A stretch of 63,988 nt of DNA, the filler included, from Octopus bimaculoides (Eukaryota), in NCBI RefSeq assembly GCF_001194135.2. It is 6 parts of 6 records of this genome, joined end to end, with 100 filler letters (N's around TTAATTAATTAA, not from the genome) between each part and the next. Parts side by side here need not be neighbours in the genome. Positions count along the whole stretch, not along the records: positions 24,118 to 51,631 come from NC_068999.1; 5 more parts are not named here. One strand, given 5' to 3'. Both the position numbers and the translations under genes were made by a program. Of the stretch, positions 37,928 to 51,499 are shown in pieces. Positions within the stretch are counted from its first letter, which is position 1, and each line of letters starts with the position of its first letter. The notes below the pieces were generated by a model that worked only from the letters and a program-made list of their open reading frames with translations, searched no databases and was not told where the DNA came from.

Positions 37928-38659
37928 AATAATAATGATGATGATGATGATAATAATAATAATAATAATGATAGTAATAATAATAATGATAATAATAATA
38001 ATGATAATAGGGAGAGTAGACAAACAAGAGGAAGAAGAAAAAGATGGAAAGGAAGAAGAGACAGAAGTGAATAAATAAATAAATAAAAAAACCAAGTAAG
38101 GAAACAAAATGATTTCACGAAAGAATATTCTTTTGATTAATGATTTGCTAAAAATAATTAGTTTATAAATATAATATATAATGTAATAAAATATAATAAC
38201 GACTAATGATAATTTGGTTTTGATCCATTCATTTCAAACTACAAACAGAATTGAAAGACAAAACAAAAACAAAAAAAAGGAAACGAAAAACAATCAAAGA
38301 AATGGTAAATTCTAAGAAATTAAATCAGGAAACAGTAAATCCATTTTCAAAAGTTTCATACAAAAATGTTAGAATGTGTTCAAAGGGAAAAGTAACACCG
38401 ATGTTTGTAGTCAGGTGTTGCTGTTTTCCAAAGTCGACTTCGATTCAAGAACACAAGAGAGAAGGCCAGCACCAGTGAGACTGTCTAAGTCTACCTGGCA
38501 CCTTTGCTGTACTCAAGAAGACCCCATACTTCACAGCGGAAGTGTTAAAGGCCGCTCCCACCCCTACACCCCCAACTCCTGCTGAAGAGGATTCGCCTGC
38601 TAGGGTCCTGTGCCAGTGCCATGTAAAACGGTGCTCGAGTGGTGCCACTGGAAAAACAG

Positions 38660-39027
38660 AACGTTCATCAATATCAACATTTTTTCAGCCATCTTGCAAA
38701 CGTCTGAACCACTCGTAAACTTGTGTGCAGCTCGTACACTTGTGTGCAGCTCGTACACTCCTCTCCATACACTTTCTGCAACTTTGCGTAGGCCTCTGAG
38801 CAAATATCACCATGGCAACTTTCTCTATCATAGTCAATGCGACACTCACACACTACACACCTTCCTTCCGAGCACTGTTGTAAAGAGCAGAAGTGAGCTA
38901 GAATGTTAAAACTTAGTGCACGTGCACAGCAGAGGTCAAGATCAATCTGTGCCATGCAGCTTCGCTCTGCGTATTTTAGCTTCGTTTCTATAGCAACAGT
39001 CCGGATACTTATTGATCAGACTTCGTA
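38660..39027 (-). mobile_element. 5' fragment of a mariner element in an IFT80 intron
   Basis: TA plus TIR TACGAAGTCTGATCAATAAGTATCCGGAC at 39027-38999. Transposase N-terminus relic DICSEAYAKLQKVYGEEC...TQVYE..WFRR.QDG.KNVD.DERS. A 19-bp tandem duplication (cttgtgtgcagctcgtaca x2, 38720-38757) breaks the frame. Confidence 0.82.
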
Positions 39028-39214
39028 TGCCACAGCAGGAATTGAAATCAGAACTTACAGAGCTGAAACGAATACCACAAAGCAGCCATTCCAACACTCT
39101 AGCAATTGTATTTTTTGTATGATGGACACCGGTCAGCTAAACCACCTCAATGATGAGGTGTCAGGAAAAAACAAGAGCTAAACCAAATGAAATAACAAAA
39201 GCACATGTCCTCAC

Positions 39215-39388
39215 CTGTAAATGTGGCCCTGTGAGGCCGTGGCTACTACGAGATATCCAAATGAGAAAGAGATCTTAATGATGCGATCTCTGAAATCCAG
39301 CTTCTCTTTAACATCATCTAACACATTATGGACGTCGATTTGGTTGCTGCTGACCACAGTAATGACAAAATTCTTCCATTCTAGTCTC
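39215..39388 (-). CDS. IFT80: IFT80 internal exon (174 bp, phase 2 to 2): RLEWKNFVITVVSSNQIDVHNVLDDVKEKLDFRDRIIKISFSFGYLVVATASQGHIY(S)
   Basis: Minus strand tttctgttacag|GAGACTAGAATGG...ATTTACAG|gtgag; lies within ORF 39211..39483. Matches IFT80 EWKNF...LEFRDRVIKASL...LVVSTS. Phase joins both flanking exons without a stop. Confidence 0.95.
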
Positions 39389-39874
39389 CTGTAACAGAAA
39401 AAGAAAAGAAAAGACAATGAGGGGGTGTAATCAATTGTTAAAAAGAACCAGTGTTGGTGCTGCATTAAAAGCACCCGGTACACTCTGTAAAGTGGTTGGC
39501 ATTATAAATAGGGCATCCGGCTGTAGAAACCATGCCAAAATGAACAGCTGGAACCTGGTGCAGCCCTCCCTCCAACTTGCCAGCTCCAGTCAAACTGCCC
39601 AACCCATGCCAGCATGGAAAATGGATATTAAATGATGATGATAGTAGTGATGTTGACGAGGATGATGATGCAGCACAAATCACCCCTGCCATCGTTTTCG
39701 CAGCAAAAACCTCAATGATGTAGCCCCTGTGTCGTTGAGCAAGTTTGCTAAAAATAACAGCCAAATATCCTTCAAAATTATGACCAAATATCTTGAAACG
39801 AGTAGAAGACACTGAATAATGTCATTTCTGGCCCATGTGTGCAAAAACGTGTAAGCCTATTTGCACCTGTACCT

Positions 39875-39931
<57 letters not shown>

Positions 39932-40460
39932 TGTATACACTCTTGCAATCTGCTCAGTATTTCATGCAAAGTACCAAAATCTAAGCTTTTAGAGGTTCAA
40001 AATGCTTCCATAACACCATTATTCTTACGCCATCATCGTTACCATCATCACCACAATCCTCATCATTCTTCTCATTACTATTATTGTTGTTACCGTTGTC
40101 GTCGTTTTTATTCCAACGTTAGCCAAGTTACAGATCAGTTCCTTCCATTTATTGTCCCGAAGAAAGACATAAAAACCAGCAACTCTGCCCCGTTAACTCT
40201 TAGAAATTGTTTGTAAAGTATTTTACATGCCTATTTTATACTCAAACCATTATTATTTTACAGTCGCTAATTCTCCTTTCTTTCTTTATTTCTTTCTGTT
40301 TTCTGCTGTTATTTTGTTTGTTTGTTTATTCAATATACATTCCAATGTGAAGGTATAAAAATATATAAAAAACACATTGTATGAAATGGAATAATTGTCA
40401 TTTTCATGGGGTTACTTTCAGTATGATCCGTATGGGCATGTATGTACATACATACATATA

Positions 40461-40493
<33 letters not shown>

Positions 40494-40528
40494 GTGCGTG
40501 TGTGTGTGTGTGTGTGTACATATATATC

Positions 40529-40573
<45 letters not shown>

Positions 40574-40663
40574 NNNNNNNNNNNNNNNNNNNNNNNNNNN
40601 NNNNNNNNNNNNNNNNNNNNNNNNNNNNNNNNNNNNNNNNNNNNNNNNNNNNNNNNNNNNNNN

Positions 40664-40710
<47 letters not shown>

Positions 40711-40754
40711 ACATATATATCTATATGTGTGTGTGTGTGTATATATATACACAT

Positions 40755-40902
40755 ATATATATATATCTATATATGTACATATATATCTATATATGTACAT
40801 ATATATCTATATATGTACATATATATCTATATATGTACATATATATCTATATATGTACATATATATCTATATATGTACATATATATCTATATCTATGTAC
40901 AT
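40755..40902. repeat. 20-bp minisatellite (atatatctatatatgtacat), about 7 copies, running into a gap
   Basis: Read directly. Confidence 0.9.
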
Positions 40903-41418
40903 NNNNNNNNNNNNNNNNNNNNNNNNNNNNNNNNNNNNNNNNNNNNNNNNNNNNNNNNNNNNNNNNNNNNNNNNNNNNNNNNNNNNNNNNNNNNNNNNNN
41001 NNNNNNNNNNNNNNNNNNNNNNNNNNNNNNNNNNNNNNNNNNNNNNNNNNNNNNNNNNNNNNNNNNNNNNNNNNNNNNNNNNNNNNNNNNNNNNNNNNNN
41101 NNNNNNNNNNNNNNNNNNNNNNNNNNNNNNNNNNNNNNNNNNNNNNNNNNNNNNNNNNNNNNNNNNNNNNNNNNNNNNNNNNNNNNNNNNNNNNNNNNNN
41201 NNNNNNNNNNNNNNNNNNNNNNNNNNNNNNNNNNNNNNNNNNNNNNNNNNNNNNNNNNNNNNNNNNNNNNNNNNNNNNNNNNNNNNNNNNNNNNNNNNNN
41301 NNNNNNNNNNNNNNNNNNNNNNNNNNNNNNNNNNNNNNNNNNNNNNNNNNNNNNNNNNNNNNNNNNNNNNNNNNNNNNNNNNNNNNNNNNNNNNNNNNNN
41401 NNNNNNNNNNNNNNNNNT

Positions 41419-41451
41419 TAACTCTAAGTTCGCATATGTGCATGCATGTGT

Positions 41452-41488
<37 letters not shown>

Positions 41489-42134
41489 CAATGATCTGTC
41501 TGTGGTGTATGTGAATGTGAGATTGTGTGACACTGTGTGTGTGTGTGTCTCGCCTAAATTAACTCTAAGTTCGCATATGTGCATGCATGTGTGTGTGTGT
41601 GTGTGTGTATGCAAGGTTGTGTCTGTTGTGTATGTGAATGTGGGATTGTGTGACACTGTGTGTGTGTGTGTGTGTGTGTGTCTATGAAGCTTTGTGCATG
41701 TGCGTGCGTGCGTGTGTGTGTGTGTGTGTCTGTGCATGTGATTGCATGTGTGTGTATGTGAGAGGCTCTGTGTGTCTATGAAGCTTTGTGCATGGGCACA
41801 TGTGGTGTGTGTGTGCGTGTGTCTGTCTGTCTGTGTATGTGTGAGTGAGCGTGTGTGCATGAGGTTCTCTGTATGTGTGTGTGTGCGTGTGTGTGCATGT
41901 ATGACTGTGTGTGTGTGCGTGCATGTGCTTGTGTGAGGCTGAGTTTGTATGTATGAACGAGGTTGTGTATGCACGTGTTTGTGAGCGACGCTAAGTAGTG
42001 TGTGTGCATGTATGTGTGCATGCATGTATGACTGTGTGCGTGCGTGCATGTATGTGTGCATGCATGTATGACTGTGTGCGTGCGTGCATGTATGTGTGTG
42101 TATGTGCACACATGTATAACTGTGTGCGTGTACG

Positions 42135-42167
<33 letters not shown>

Positions 42168-42184
42168 TGCGTGCATGTATGACT
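41419..42184. repeat. Degenerate TG-rich satellite including a 141-bp-period duplication (taactctaagttcgcatatgtgcatgc at 41419 and 41560)
   Basis: Read directly. Similar TG/CA-rich degenerate tracts at 26040-26560, 30500-31050, 42857-43200, 49640-50460 and 62470-63170. Confidence 0.85.
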
Positions 42185-43860
42185 NNNNNNNNNNNNNNNN
42201 NNNNNNNNNNNNNNNNNNNNNNNNNNNNNNNNNNNNNNNNNNNNNNNNNNNNNNNNNNNNNNNNNNNNNNNNNNNNNNNNNNNNNNNNNNNNNNNNNNNN
42301 NNNNNNNNNNNNNNNNNNNNNNNNNNNNNNNNNNNNNNNNNNNNNNNNNNNNNNNNNNNNNNNNNNNNNNNNNNNNNNNNNNNNNNNNNNNNNNNNNNNN
42401 NNNNNNNNNNNNNNNNNNNNNNNNNNNNNNNNNNNNNNNNNNNNNNNNNNNNNNNNNNNNNNNNNNNNNNNNNNNNNNNNNNNNNNNNNNNNNNNNNNNN
42501 NNNNNNNNNNNNNNNNNNNNNNNNNNNNNNNNNNNNNNNNNNNNNNNNNNNNNNNNNNNNNNNNNNNNNNNNNNNNNNNNNNNNNNNNNNNNNNNNNNNN
42601 NNNNNNNNNNNNNNNNNNNNNNNNNNNNNNNNNNNNNNNNNNNNNNNNNNNNNNNNNNNNNNNNNNNNNNNNNNNNNNNNNNNNNNNNNNNNNNNNNNNN
42701 NNNNNNNNNNNNNNNNNNNNNNNNNNNNNNNNNNNNNNNNNNNNNNNNNNNNNNNNNNNNNNNNNNNNNNNNNNNNNNNNNNNNNNNNNNNNNNNNNNNN
42801 NNNNNNNNNNNNNNNNNNNNNNNNNNNNNNNNNNNNNNNNNNNNNNNNNNNNNNNNATGCTTACACGCATATTTAAACACACATACATATACATGCACAC
42901 ATTCATGTAGATATATGAACACGCATGTACACACACATATACATATATACATACAAAGGCACACATACATACAAACACATGCACATACGCATTCACACAC
43001 ACATATAACATATATATATATATACATATATGTATATATATATATACATACACATTTATAAATACACACACACACTCATATACATTTACACACACATATA
43101 TACATACAGACACACATACATATATATATACACACACACATATATATATACATATACATGCATATATACACACACACACACACACACATACACACACGCA
43201 AGCTAATGAGTTTCTGCTTTTTGTACATTAACATTACAGTGCAATAAGCAACATTTCACAGCACGTTTTCAATGATTATCTGTCGATTAATCGCAACAAA
43301 ACAGAGGAAAACGTGTATTTCATTACATGGCCTCCTAAAACCACTCTATTTCTCCTCAGTAACCTTGGTAATTGGTAGAATTTGGTAGAATTGGGTAGAA
43401 GTGCTTTATGGAACTCCTTGCAAATATCACCTTAATATTCTCTCATCATATTTCTCACTTCACAGACATGGCAGAAAAGCAGATCCCTTTTTTTTTTCAG
43501 TTTGCAATAGATGATTCCAGAAGGTGGGGAGAACCATTAGAAGAAGAAAAATAAGATGAATAATAAATTATAAAAACTAAAACGAAAACAGATGTGGCTG
43601 TGTGGTAAGAAGTTTGCTACCCAACCACATGGTTCTGGGTTCCATCCCACTGTGTGACACCTTGGGCAAGTGTCTTCTACTATAAGCCCCAGGTGTCCCA
43701 AAACCTTGTGAGTAGATTCGGTAGATTGCTAAAATAATGTTTGTTATGTCTTATCTCTTCTAAGTATAGAAGCAGAAGTTTTATGTAAAATTAATTTTAA
43801 CGATATCATTGAACACTAAAGGCGGTGCTCCAGATTGGCCATGGTCAAAAGAATAAAAGA

Positions 43861-43911
<51 letters not shown>

Positions 43912-43970
43912 TATATACATATATATAATTGATAGACACTTGAAGATAGATATTTGAAAAAAATTAATAA

Positions 43971-44059
43971 AAATGGCTTTTCTGATAATTTTTCCACTTT
44001 AATAATTAGGTGTTTATAAGTTAATTATTAAAGTGGAAAAATTATCAGAAAAGCCATTT
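43971..44059. repeat. Perfect 38-bp inverted repeat with 13-nt loop
   Basis: 43971-44008 aaatggcttttctgataatttttccactttaataatta is the exact reverse complement of 44022-44059. Confidence 0.95.
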
Positions 44060-44381
44060 GAATTCATTTTTTCAAGTATCTAATATCGTACCGAGGACTT
44101 TCTAATATATATATATANNNNNNNNNNNNNNNNNNNNNNNNNNNNNNNNNNNNNNNNNNNNNNNNNNNNNNNNNNNNNNNNNNNNNNNNNNNNNNNNNNN
44201 NNNNNNNNNNNNNNNNNNNNNNNNNNNNNNNNNNNNNNNNNNNNNNNNNNNNNNNNNNNNNNNNNNNNNNNNNNNNNNNNNNNNNNATAGAAGCAGAAGT
44301 TTTATGTAAAATTAATTTTAACGATATCATTGAACACTAAAGGCGGTGCTCCAGATTGGCCATGGTCAAAAGAATAAAAGA

Positions 44382-44414
<33 letters not shown>

Positions 44415-44814
44415 ATCATATATATATACACACACACACGAACGCACACACACACGCTCACACACACGCATATATTCAATTATGAATCAAAAGTAGCACT
44501 CTTCTTGTAAACATTATCGACTCCACATACTCAAATGTATGTGCTTTGCTTGCTTGCTGGTTGACTGCGGAACAGCACTTTGGGGATGACTCCCTCATAG
44601 CACTGAGTTTTGAAACACCTTAAAATCACAGACATACCAGTACCTATCACTCCTGGATGGGATCTGGTGGTGAGTTCTCTCTCTCCTCTGTCTATGACAT
44701 TCAGGTGTTTTGATACACAGTACAACAAAATAGTTGTCCTCGGAGCACTATCCTGCAGCCAGCCGGCAAGCAAGCAGAACACACAGATGGAGTATGGGTG
44801 ATCAATAATATATA

Positions 44815-45197
44815 TAGGCGTAGCTGTGTGGTAAGAAGCTTGCTTCCCAACCACATGGTTCTGTGTTCAGACCCACAGCATGGCAACTTGGGCAAGTGTC
44901 TTCTTCTATAGACTTAGGCCAATGAAAGCTTTGTGAGTGGATTTAATAGATGGAAACTGAAAGAAGCCCGTCGTATATATACATATATGTGTGTATATGT
45001 TTGTGTGTCTGTGTTTGTCTCACCGCCATCGCTTGACAACTAATGTTGGTGCATTCTGTGTCCCTGAAACCTAATGGTTTGACAAAAGGGACCAATAGAA
45101 TAAGTACTAGGCTTACAAAGAATAAGTCCTGGGGTCGATTTGTTCAACTAAATGTAGTGCTCCAGCAAATGGCTGAACCAAATAAAAGAATAAAAGG
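44815..45197 (+). mobile_element. Second SINE family, near full length, in an IFT80 intron
   Basis: Colinear with the reverse complement of 24305-24795. Partial copies also at about 33500-33570, 34205-34310, 35445-35540, 43590-43730, 47790-47945 and 52720-52815. Confidence 0.85.
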
Positions 45198-45898
45198 AAT
45201 AAGGAATATGTAAATATATTTTTGTACGTAAAATTAAAGGATTTAGTCACAGCTTGAGTTCCTGTGTTTGTCTGTCTTTGGAAATTGTAATTGCCTTTTA
45301 CAGCAAACAGTTCAAGCAAGACCACAATTCTTTTACAAACAGAAATGGCAAACACACAAGAAACAAGAAATTATAACAAATCTTATCTTTAACCCTTTCG
45401 TTACTGTATTTATTCTGAGATGCTCTGTGTTTCTTTCAATTACTTTAAATATAACAAAGAATTTAGTTACCATTCAACTAGTGTTAGGAACATAAATTGT
45501 GACTAAAGTTGGTGGAAAATTTTTATTCAAAACTTATGAAAGNNNNNNNNNNNNNNNNNNNNNNNNNNNNNNNNNNNNNNNNNNNNNNNNNNNNNNNNNN
45601 NNNNNNNNNNNNNNNNNNNNNNNNNNNNNNNNNNNNNNNNNNNNNNNNNNNNNNNNNNNNNNNNNNNNNNNNNNNNNNNNNNNNNNNNNNNNNNNNNNNN
45701 NNNNNNNNNNNNNNNNNNNNNNNNNNNNNNNATATATATATATATATATATGAATATATATATATATGAATATTGGAAGCCACAGTTTAAGTTGCTTTTC
45801 TTTTTACATTTATAAGATTATCCATCTTTTAATCAAAGATAACACAGACAAGTTCATATTTCCGAAAGGATGTTTTGAAATAATTCCAACCAACTTAC

Positions 45899-46023
45899 CT
45901 GTCAACTAAATGACCGATAATCACTTGACCAATGCCACAAGCACCAGAAACTTGAGTTCCATCAGTGGACCAAGCCAAACAGAAAATGCTTCCAGTGTTG
46001 GGTTTTTCCAGGGCGTAGGACCA
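45899..46023 (-). CDS. IFT80: IFT80 internal exon (125 bp, phase 0 to 2): [41 protein letters not shown](R)
   Basis: Minus strand reads tttcttatttttag|TGGTCCTAC...GTTGACAG|gtaag. The peptide matches human IFT80 [41 protein letters not shown] (recalled from memory). Not in the ORF track. Confidence 0.95.
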
Positions 46024-48328
46024 CTAAAAATAAGAAACATGAAAATATGAAAATTGCTTTTCAAAACTATCACAAGGATAGTGATGGTGGTTGTGATGGT
46101 GGTGGTGATGGTGATAACACAAAATTATTTTAAATCTATAACTTAAAGAGAAAAACAAAAAGAAGCAAGAAAAAAAAAGAGCAGGTTATAATAAGATAAT
46201 GTCTCAAAGGGAGGCTGCAGCTGCTTTCTTGGTTTTCAGAAGTCTTAGTAAGTTTTTAATTTGAAGTTACCATTCAGAGAACGCTAATCTCAAAGACCTT
46301 TCTGTCTCTGAAAGGAAAGCATTTTTTTCCTCAACCTGCTTACTTCGACAATGGAACACCATTGATCTTGCGTCTCCAACACAAAAGCAAGAACGTTTCT
46401 AGTTTTTCAATGGGTAACAATTATAATTAAAATGACGAAACAGGGAAATATCTATTCCGTTTTCTTTCTCTTTGTCAGAACCGTTTAGAAAATGCCTGTG
46501 GAAATATGCTATTACGTTAGAACCAGTTTGAGAAATATGGAATTAAACTATTTGCTATTTCACAAGGAGAAAACCAATTTAATCTGAAACTAAAACTAGA
46601 AGAAAACTGAGCTCAAGATGTGTATTAATTACTTATACACAAATAAATTAGTCATTAAGGGAATGAGCTGTAGTAGTAACAGCTTCTGAAATAAATTGCT
46701 AATGGCTACCAACACCGAGCGAGCTCATAGGTTGTAGGGGTGTTGCGAAGGTGGTCGTTCACCAGGATTAGGAAATCACCTACAAACAGTGGATGCAGCA
46801 ACCCACTGTTACGGCACATGCTCCCATACTACTACTACTACTACTGAGATGCCAAGTTGAAAGAATCGTTAGATTATCAGAACAAAAATGTCATACAGTA
46901 TTTCATCAGACTCTAAGTTCTGAATCCAAATTCCACCAAGGTCAACTTTGCCGCCCATCATTTTAGCGGGGGGGGGGGGCAATAAAATAAATAAGTACCA
47001 GTCATATACCGAGGTCGATGATATGACTAACTCCCCACCCCCACCCCTCAAAATTGCTGACCTCATGCCAAAATCAGACACCATTGTTGTGTTAGCTGCT
47101 AACAGGAAATGTTCAACCAGTCAAAGACATATGGCTTCATAGAAATCGCATGAATAAACGCTTGCATTCAACAACATAAAATGGTTGGAATGTGTCTGTA
47201 GGATTTGGGTTGATATGTTTTTAATTCAAAAAATATTTCCTTTCAGAAAACAAACAACAACAACAACAACAAACCCTGTAATACCACAACAGTTTATCAT
47301 CTAAAAAGAAGCTGACACGTAGAAACTGCAGGATGCTGCAACAGATGCTACTGGCATGAGTGATTGAGTCCTCCAACGTACAAACTTCTGTTAATAAAAT
47401 GATAAGCTCTTACAACAAACATGGTTTTTTGCAAAGCGCCAACAATTAACATAACAGCTCATGAGAAAAATGTTTAGACCTCTAAACGAATATTACTCAT
47501 TTGGTATTCTGCGGTATAAAACTGATGTCTAAAGCAATTAGTTTACAAATAAACCACATTTATGCTGCTATGGTGACAAAATAAAATTGTAAAAAATAAA
47601 ACAAAATGTGTATCACACTTTCAGTAACAATAGCCAAGAAAAGAAATGCTTTTTTAATGATGCTCTTAAAACAGACAAAGAATAAAGGTTACAACACAAG
47701 ATGCCTGTTTAGGATGTTAATATAGAGTTTTTCATGACTGCACTAGAGAGTGCTACTTAAAGGGAGAGAATTAGTTCTAGCATTAAGCATTCCTTTATCC
47801 TTTTATTTGTTTCAGTCATTTGACTGCGGCCATGCTGGGGCACCGCCTTTTAGTCGAGCAAATCGACCCCAGGTCTTATTCTTTGTAAGCCTAGTACTTA
47901 TTCTATCGATCTCCAGCATCGGTTGTCAAGCGATGTTGGGGGGTACAAATGTTAGTTTATTTATATTTATATACACATAATTATGTGTATATTGTTTATA
48001 TTAGCCAGACTGGTGTTCTCATCTTCATTCTAGCTTTCGCTATGTTTCAGGTGTTTTACACTCCAGCCTTCTTCAGGTGTCTTGTGTTAAACTCGTTTCT
48101 TGTACCAGACTTTCGGACTTAACCTTTTATTTGATCCATGGGGGATCACGCAACTGGTACCATCTTATTTGTATCGTACAGTAGACATAATTTTCTCATC
48201 TCAGGAGATTTTCATTGCTATTCAACATAGTTTTAACACCTATTTTTTCCATGTACACTAGCATCAGATGAACAAATTTGTGATACAACACCTTTCTATG
48301 CAGCTCAATGTAGCATCCTCAAATCAGG

Positions 48329-48620
48329 GGAGGCACATGGCTAAGTGGTTAGGGCATTCAGCTCATAATCATAAGATCGTGAGTTCAATATCCAGTGGTG
48401 CATTATATCCTTGAGCAAGACATTTTATCTCATGTTGCTGCTCCAGTCCACACAGCAGGCAAAAATGAGTTGTACCTGTAATTCAAATGAGCCAACCTGA
48501 GAACTACATTAAGGGTACACATGTCTGTGGAGTACTCAGCCGCTTGCATGTTAATTTCATGAGTGGGCTGTTGTGTTATTCAAATCAGCTGGAACAGTCG
48601 TCGTCATAACTGACGGAGTA
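48329..48620 (+). mobile_element. tRNA-derived SINE, CpG-decayed copy
   Basis: Colinear with the 6815 copy, with CpG positions changed to TpG/CpA. Confidence 0.85.
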
Positions 48621-49117
48621 CCTGGTCAGGCCATTACATCTACAGAGCAAAGCCTGGTATTTTCAGATTTTATCTACACACCTCATCTCATATCTTCTAT
48701 GGTCTACCACTCACACAGAAGGTTCTAACAAACCAACGCCACCACCACTAACACCACTACCACTACCGCTACCACCACCACCACCAGATAGAGAGAGAGA
48801 GAGAGAGAGAGAACTTCCCTTGCCCATCTCCCATTAGCATGCTTCGTTCGCTCCTATGCTACATGCCATACCAACACAACTATGGCCGCGACATATGAGT
48901 CAAAATCTTTGATGTGCACAACAAACAGTGCCGTGTAAAAAGATAGCCATTATGCAAAGGACTAACTCCTTCTAGTTAACACTGCATAACAATAAATCAA
49001 CATAACTTGTCAGAAAGAGAGAGAGAGGGAGAGGCAGACAGATAGATAGACTGACAGACAGATCAATAGAGAGAGGGAGAGAGGGGGGCACACAGGCAGA
49101 TAGACAGACAGATTAAA

Positions 49118-49153
<36 letters not shown>

Positions 49154-49681
49154 CGATACATAGTTACACAGAAAGACAAATAGGTTGATAGATAGATAGA
49201 TAAATAGATAGATAGACAGGTAGGTAGATAGATAGGTAGGTAGATAGATAGATAGACAGATGCATACATACATACATACATACATACATACATACATACA
49301 CACATGCATAGTTACAGAGAAAGACAGAGAGACAGATGGATATATAGGTAGATAGAGAAAAAGCAAAATAGATAGACAGACTGACAGACCGACAGAGAGA
49401 CAGAAAAAAAAATGATGAAGAGGGAGATAAGAGATGGGGAGAGTTGAAACTTCATTTCTAAAGTTACTGATTAGATACAAGGAGCAGATATATGAAGCTT
49501 GCATGCAGCCTTTAACAAACAGTTCATAAAACAACAAATGCTGTCATCCCGTATAGAATTGCATCTAAAACAAACATCACATGGAGATTTTACACATCCT
49601 ACTCTGATCATCAAACATAAAGCCATACATATTGAATTACCTTCATGTCACATATACATACACATATATATATATATAGAT

Positions 49682-49725
<44 letters not shown>

Positions 49726-49841
49726 AGATATGTATATATATATATATATACATACATATATATATATAGATATGTATATATATATATATATATATACATA
49801 CATATATATATATACATAGATATGTATATATATACATAGAT

Positions 49842-49935
<94 letters not shown>

Positions 49936-49983
49936 ACATACATATATATACCTACATACATATACATACATACATATATATAC

Positions 49984-50025
<42 letters not shown>

Positions 50026-51423
50026 GTACACACGCATACGTTTATAACAATGCAGATATATATGTGTATGCGTACACAGACATTTATAACCGTGCATGTA
50101 CATAAATGTAAACACACTTATAAATGCATATACGTTAGATACACACACAAACATATATAAAGCGAGAGACAGACAGACAAGAGACAAACACACACACATA
50201 TATATATATACATGAGCATGTATATGCACATATATATAATATATATATAATAATAATAATATATATATAATAATAATAATATATATATAATAATAATAAT
50301 ATATATAATATATATATAATATATATATAATATATATATATATATATGTATGTATATACCTATATATACATACACATACCTGCATATAGAGACACACATA
50401 CACATATATACGTGCATATATATATGCAAACATATATATATACACACACATACAAACACATGAATATAGAAAGACAAATGAAATCACCTGATCGCTTAAA
50501 GTACTGGGTGGAGAAACAGGAGAGGGGCAGAGGGAAGGGGAAGGGCAGGGGAGGGGCAAGGGAGGAGGAGGGCTTGCTGTAGCCAGTAATGGCTCAGTTG
50601 GTGAGGAACATATTTCAAAAATAAACGCCAAACCAACAACAAACATGTTAAGATTTACAAGGCAATCGAAAAATCTTTCAGAAAGACAGGGCCTGACCAT
50701 GCTACAGCAACACCACAACCCCTAACACACACACTCACATGCACACACACTACTTTGATCAGCTTATTTTCCCCACTGCCCCCTAATTAGAGGCAATTAA
50801 TTAATTCATTACCTCTTAATTGTTTTCAATTAAATTGTTTTTAGTCCCCTAAATTCCCAAAATCGAAGCCATTCTTGTTTTGCTGTTAATTTCTTCGGAA
50901 CCTGCCATCTCTAAATAACTACGAGTTCTTCCAATTAATTGCTTCTGAAGAATTGTCTGCCGTGAAATTGTTCCCCTAAGTCAAGGCCAATCTTGTTTTT
51001 CAGGAAATATCTAAGGAACCAAAATGGCCATATAGTTTTTTTTTTTTTTTAACATCACCAACGTTAAATTATTTCCCTAAGTCGAGACTGTTTTTGTTTA
51101 TTGTTCAAATGTTTTTTTCATTCACCAAAAACATTTATTTACATGGTTACCATACAACACAAAAATATAATACTTTTTTTTGGCACCAAAATCAATGTTA
51201 CAATTAGGGGATGCATATCATGATGGCCAGTCTGTCTTTCTGTCTTTTTACCTGCCTGTTTGCCTGCCTGTCTGTCCATCTATCCAGCTATCTGTCTGTC
51301 TGTCTGGCTATCTACTTATCTTTTTATCTATCTATCTATATATATATATATGTATATATTTATGTATATTTATCTGTCTATCTATCTATCTACTTATCTA
51401 TCTATCTATGTATCTATCTATAT

Positions 51424-51462
<39 letters not shown>

Positions 51463-51499
51463 CTTATATATCTATCTGTCTGTCTGTCTGTCTACTGAT

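Noticed and set aside
40381-43197. Very long ORFs (up to 742 aa) and all other X-containing ORFs
   Set aside because: Read-through of N gaps and dinucleotide repeats (HT/CV/YI runs).
43766-44413. Apparently identical 125-bp direct repeat (43766-43891 and 44287-44413) on either side of a gap
   Set aside because: Identity plus position at a contig start suggests an unmerged contig overlap or second haplotype.
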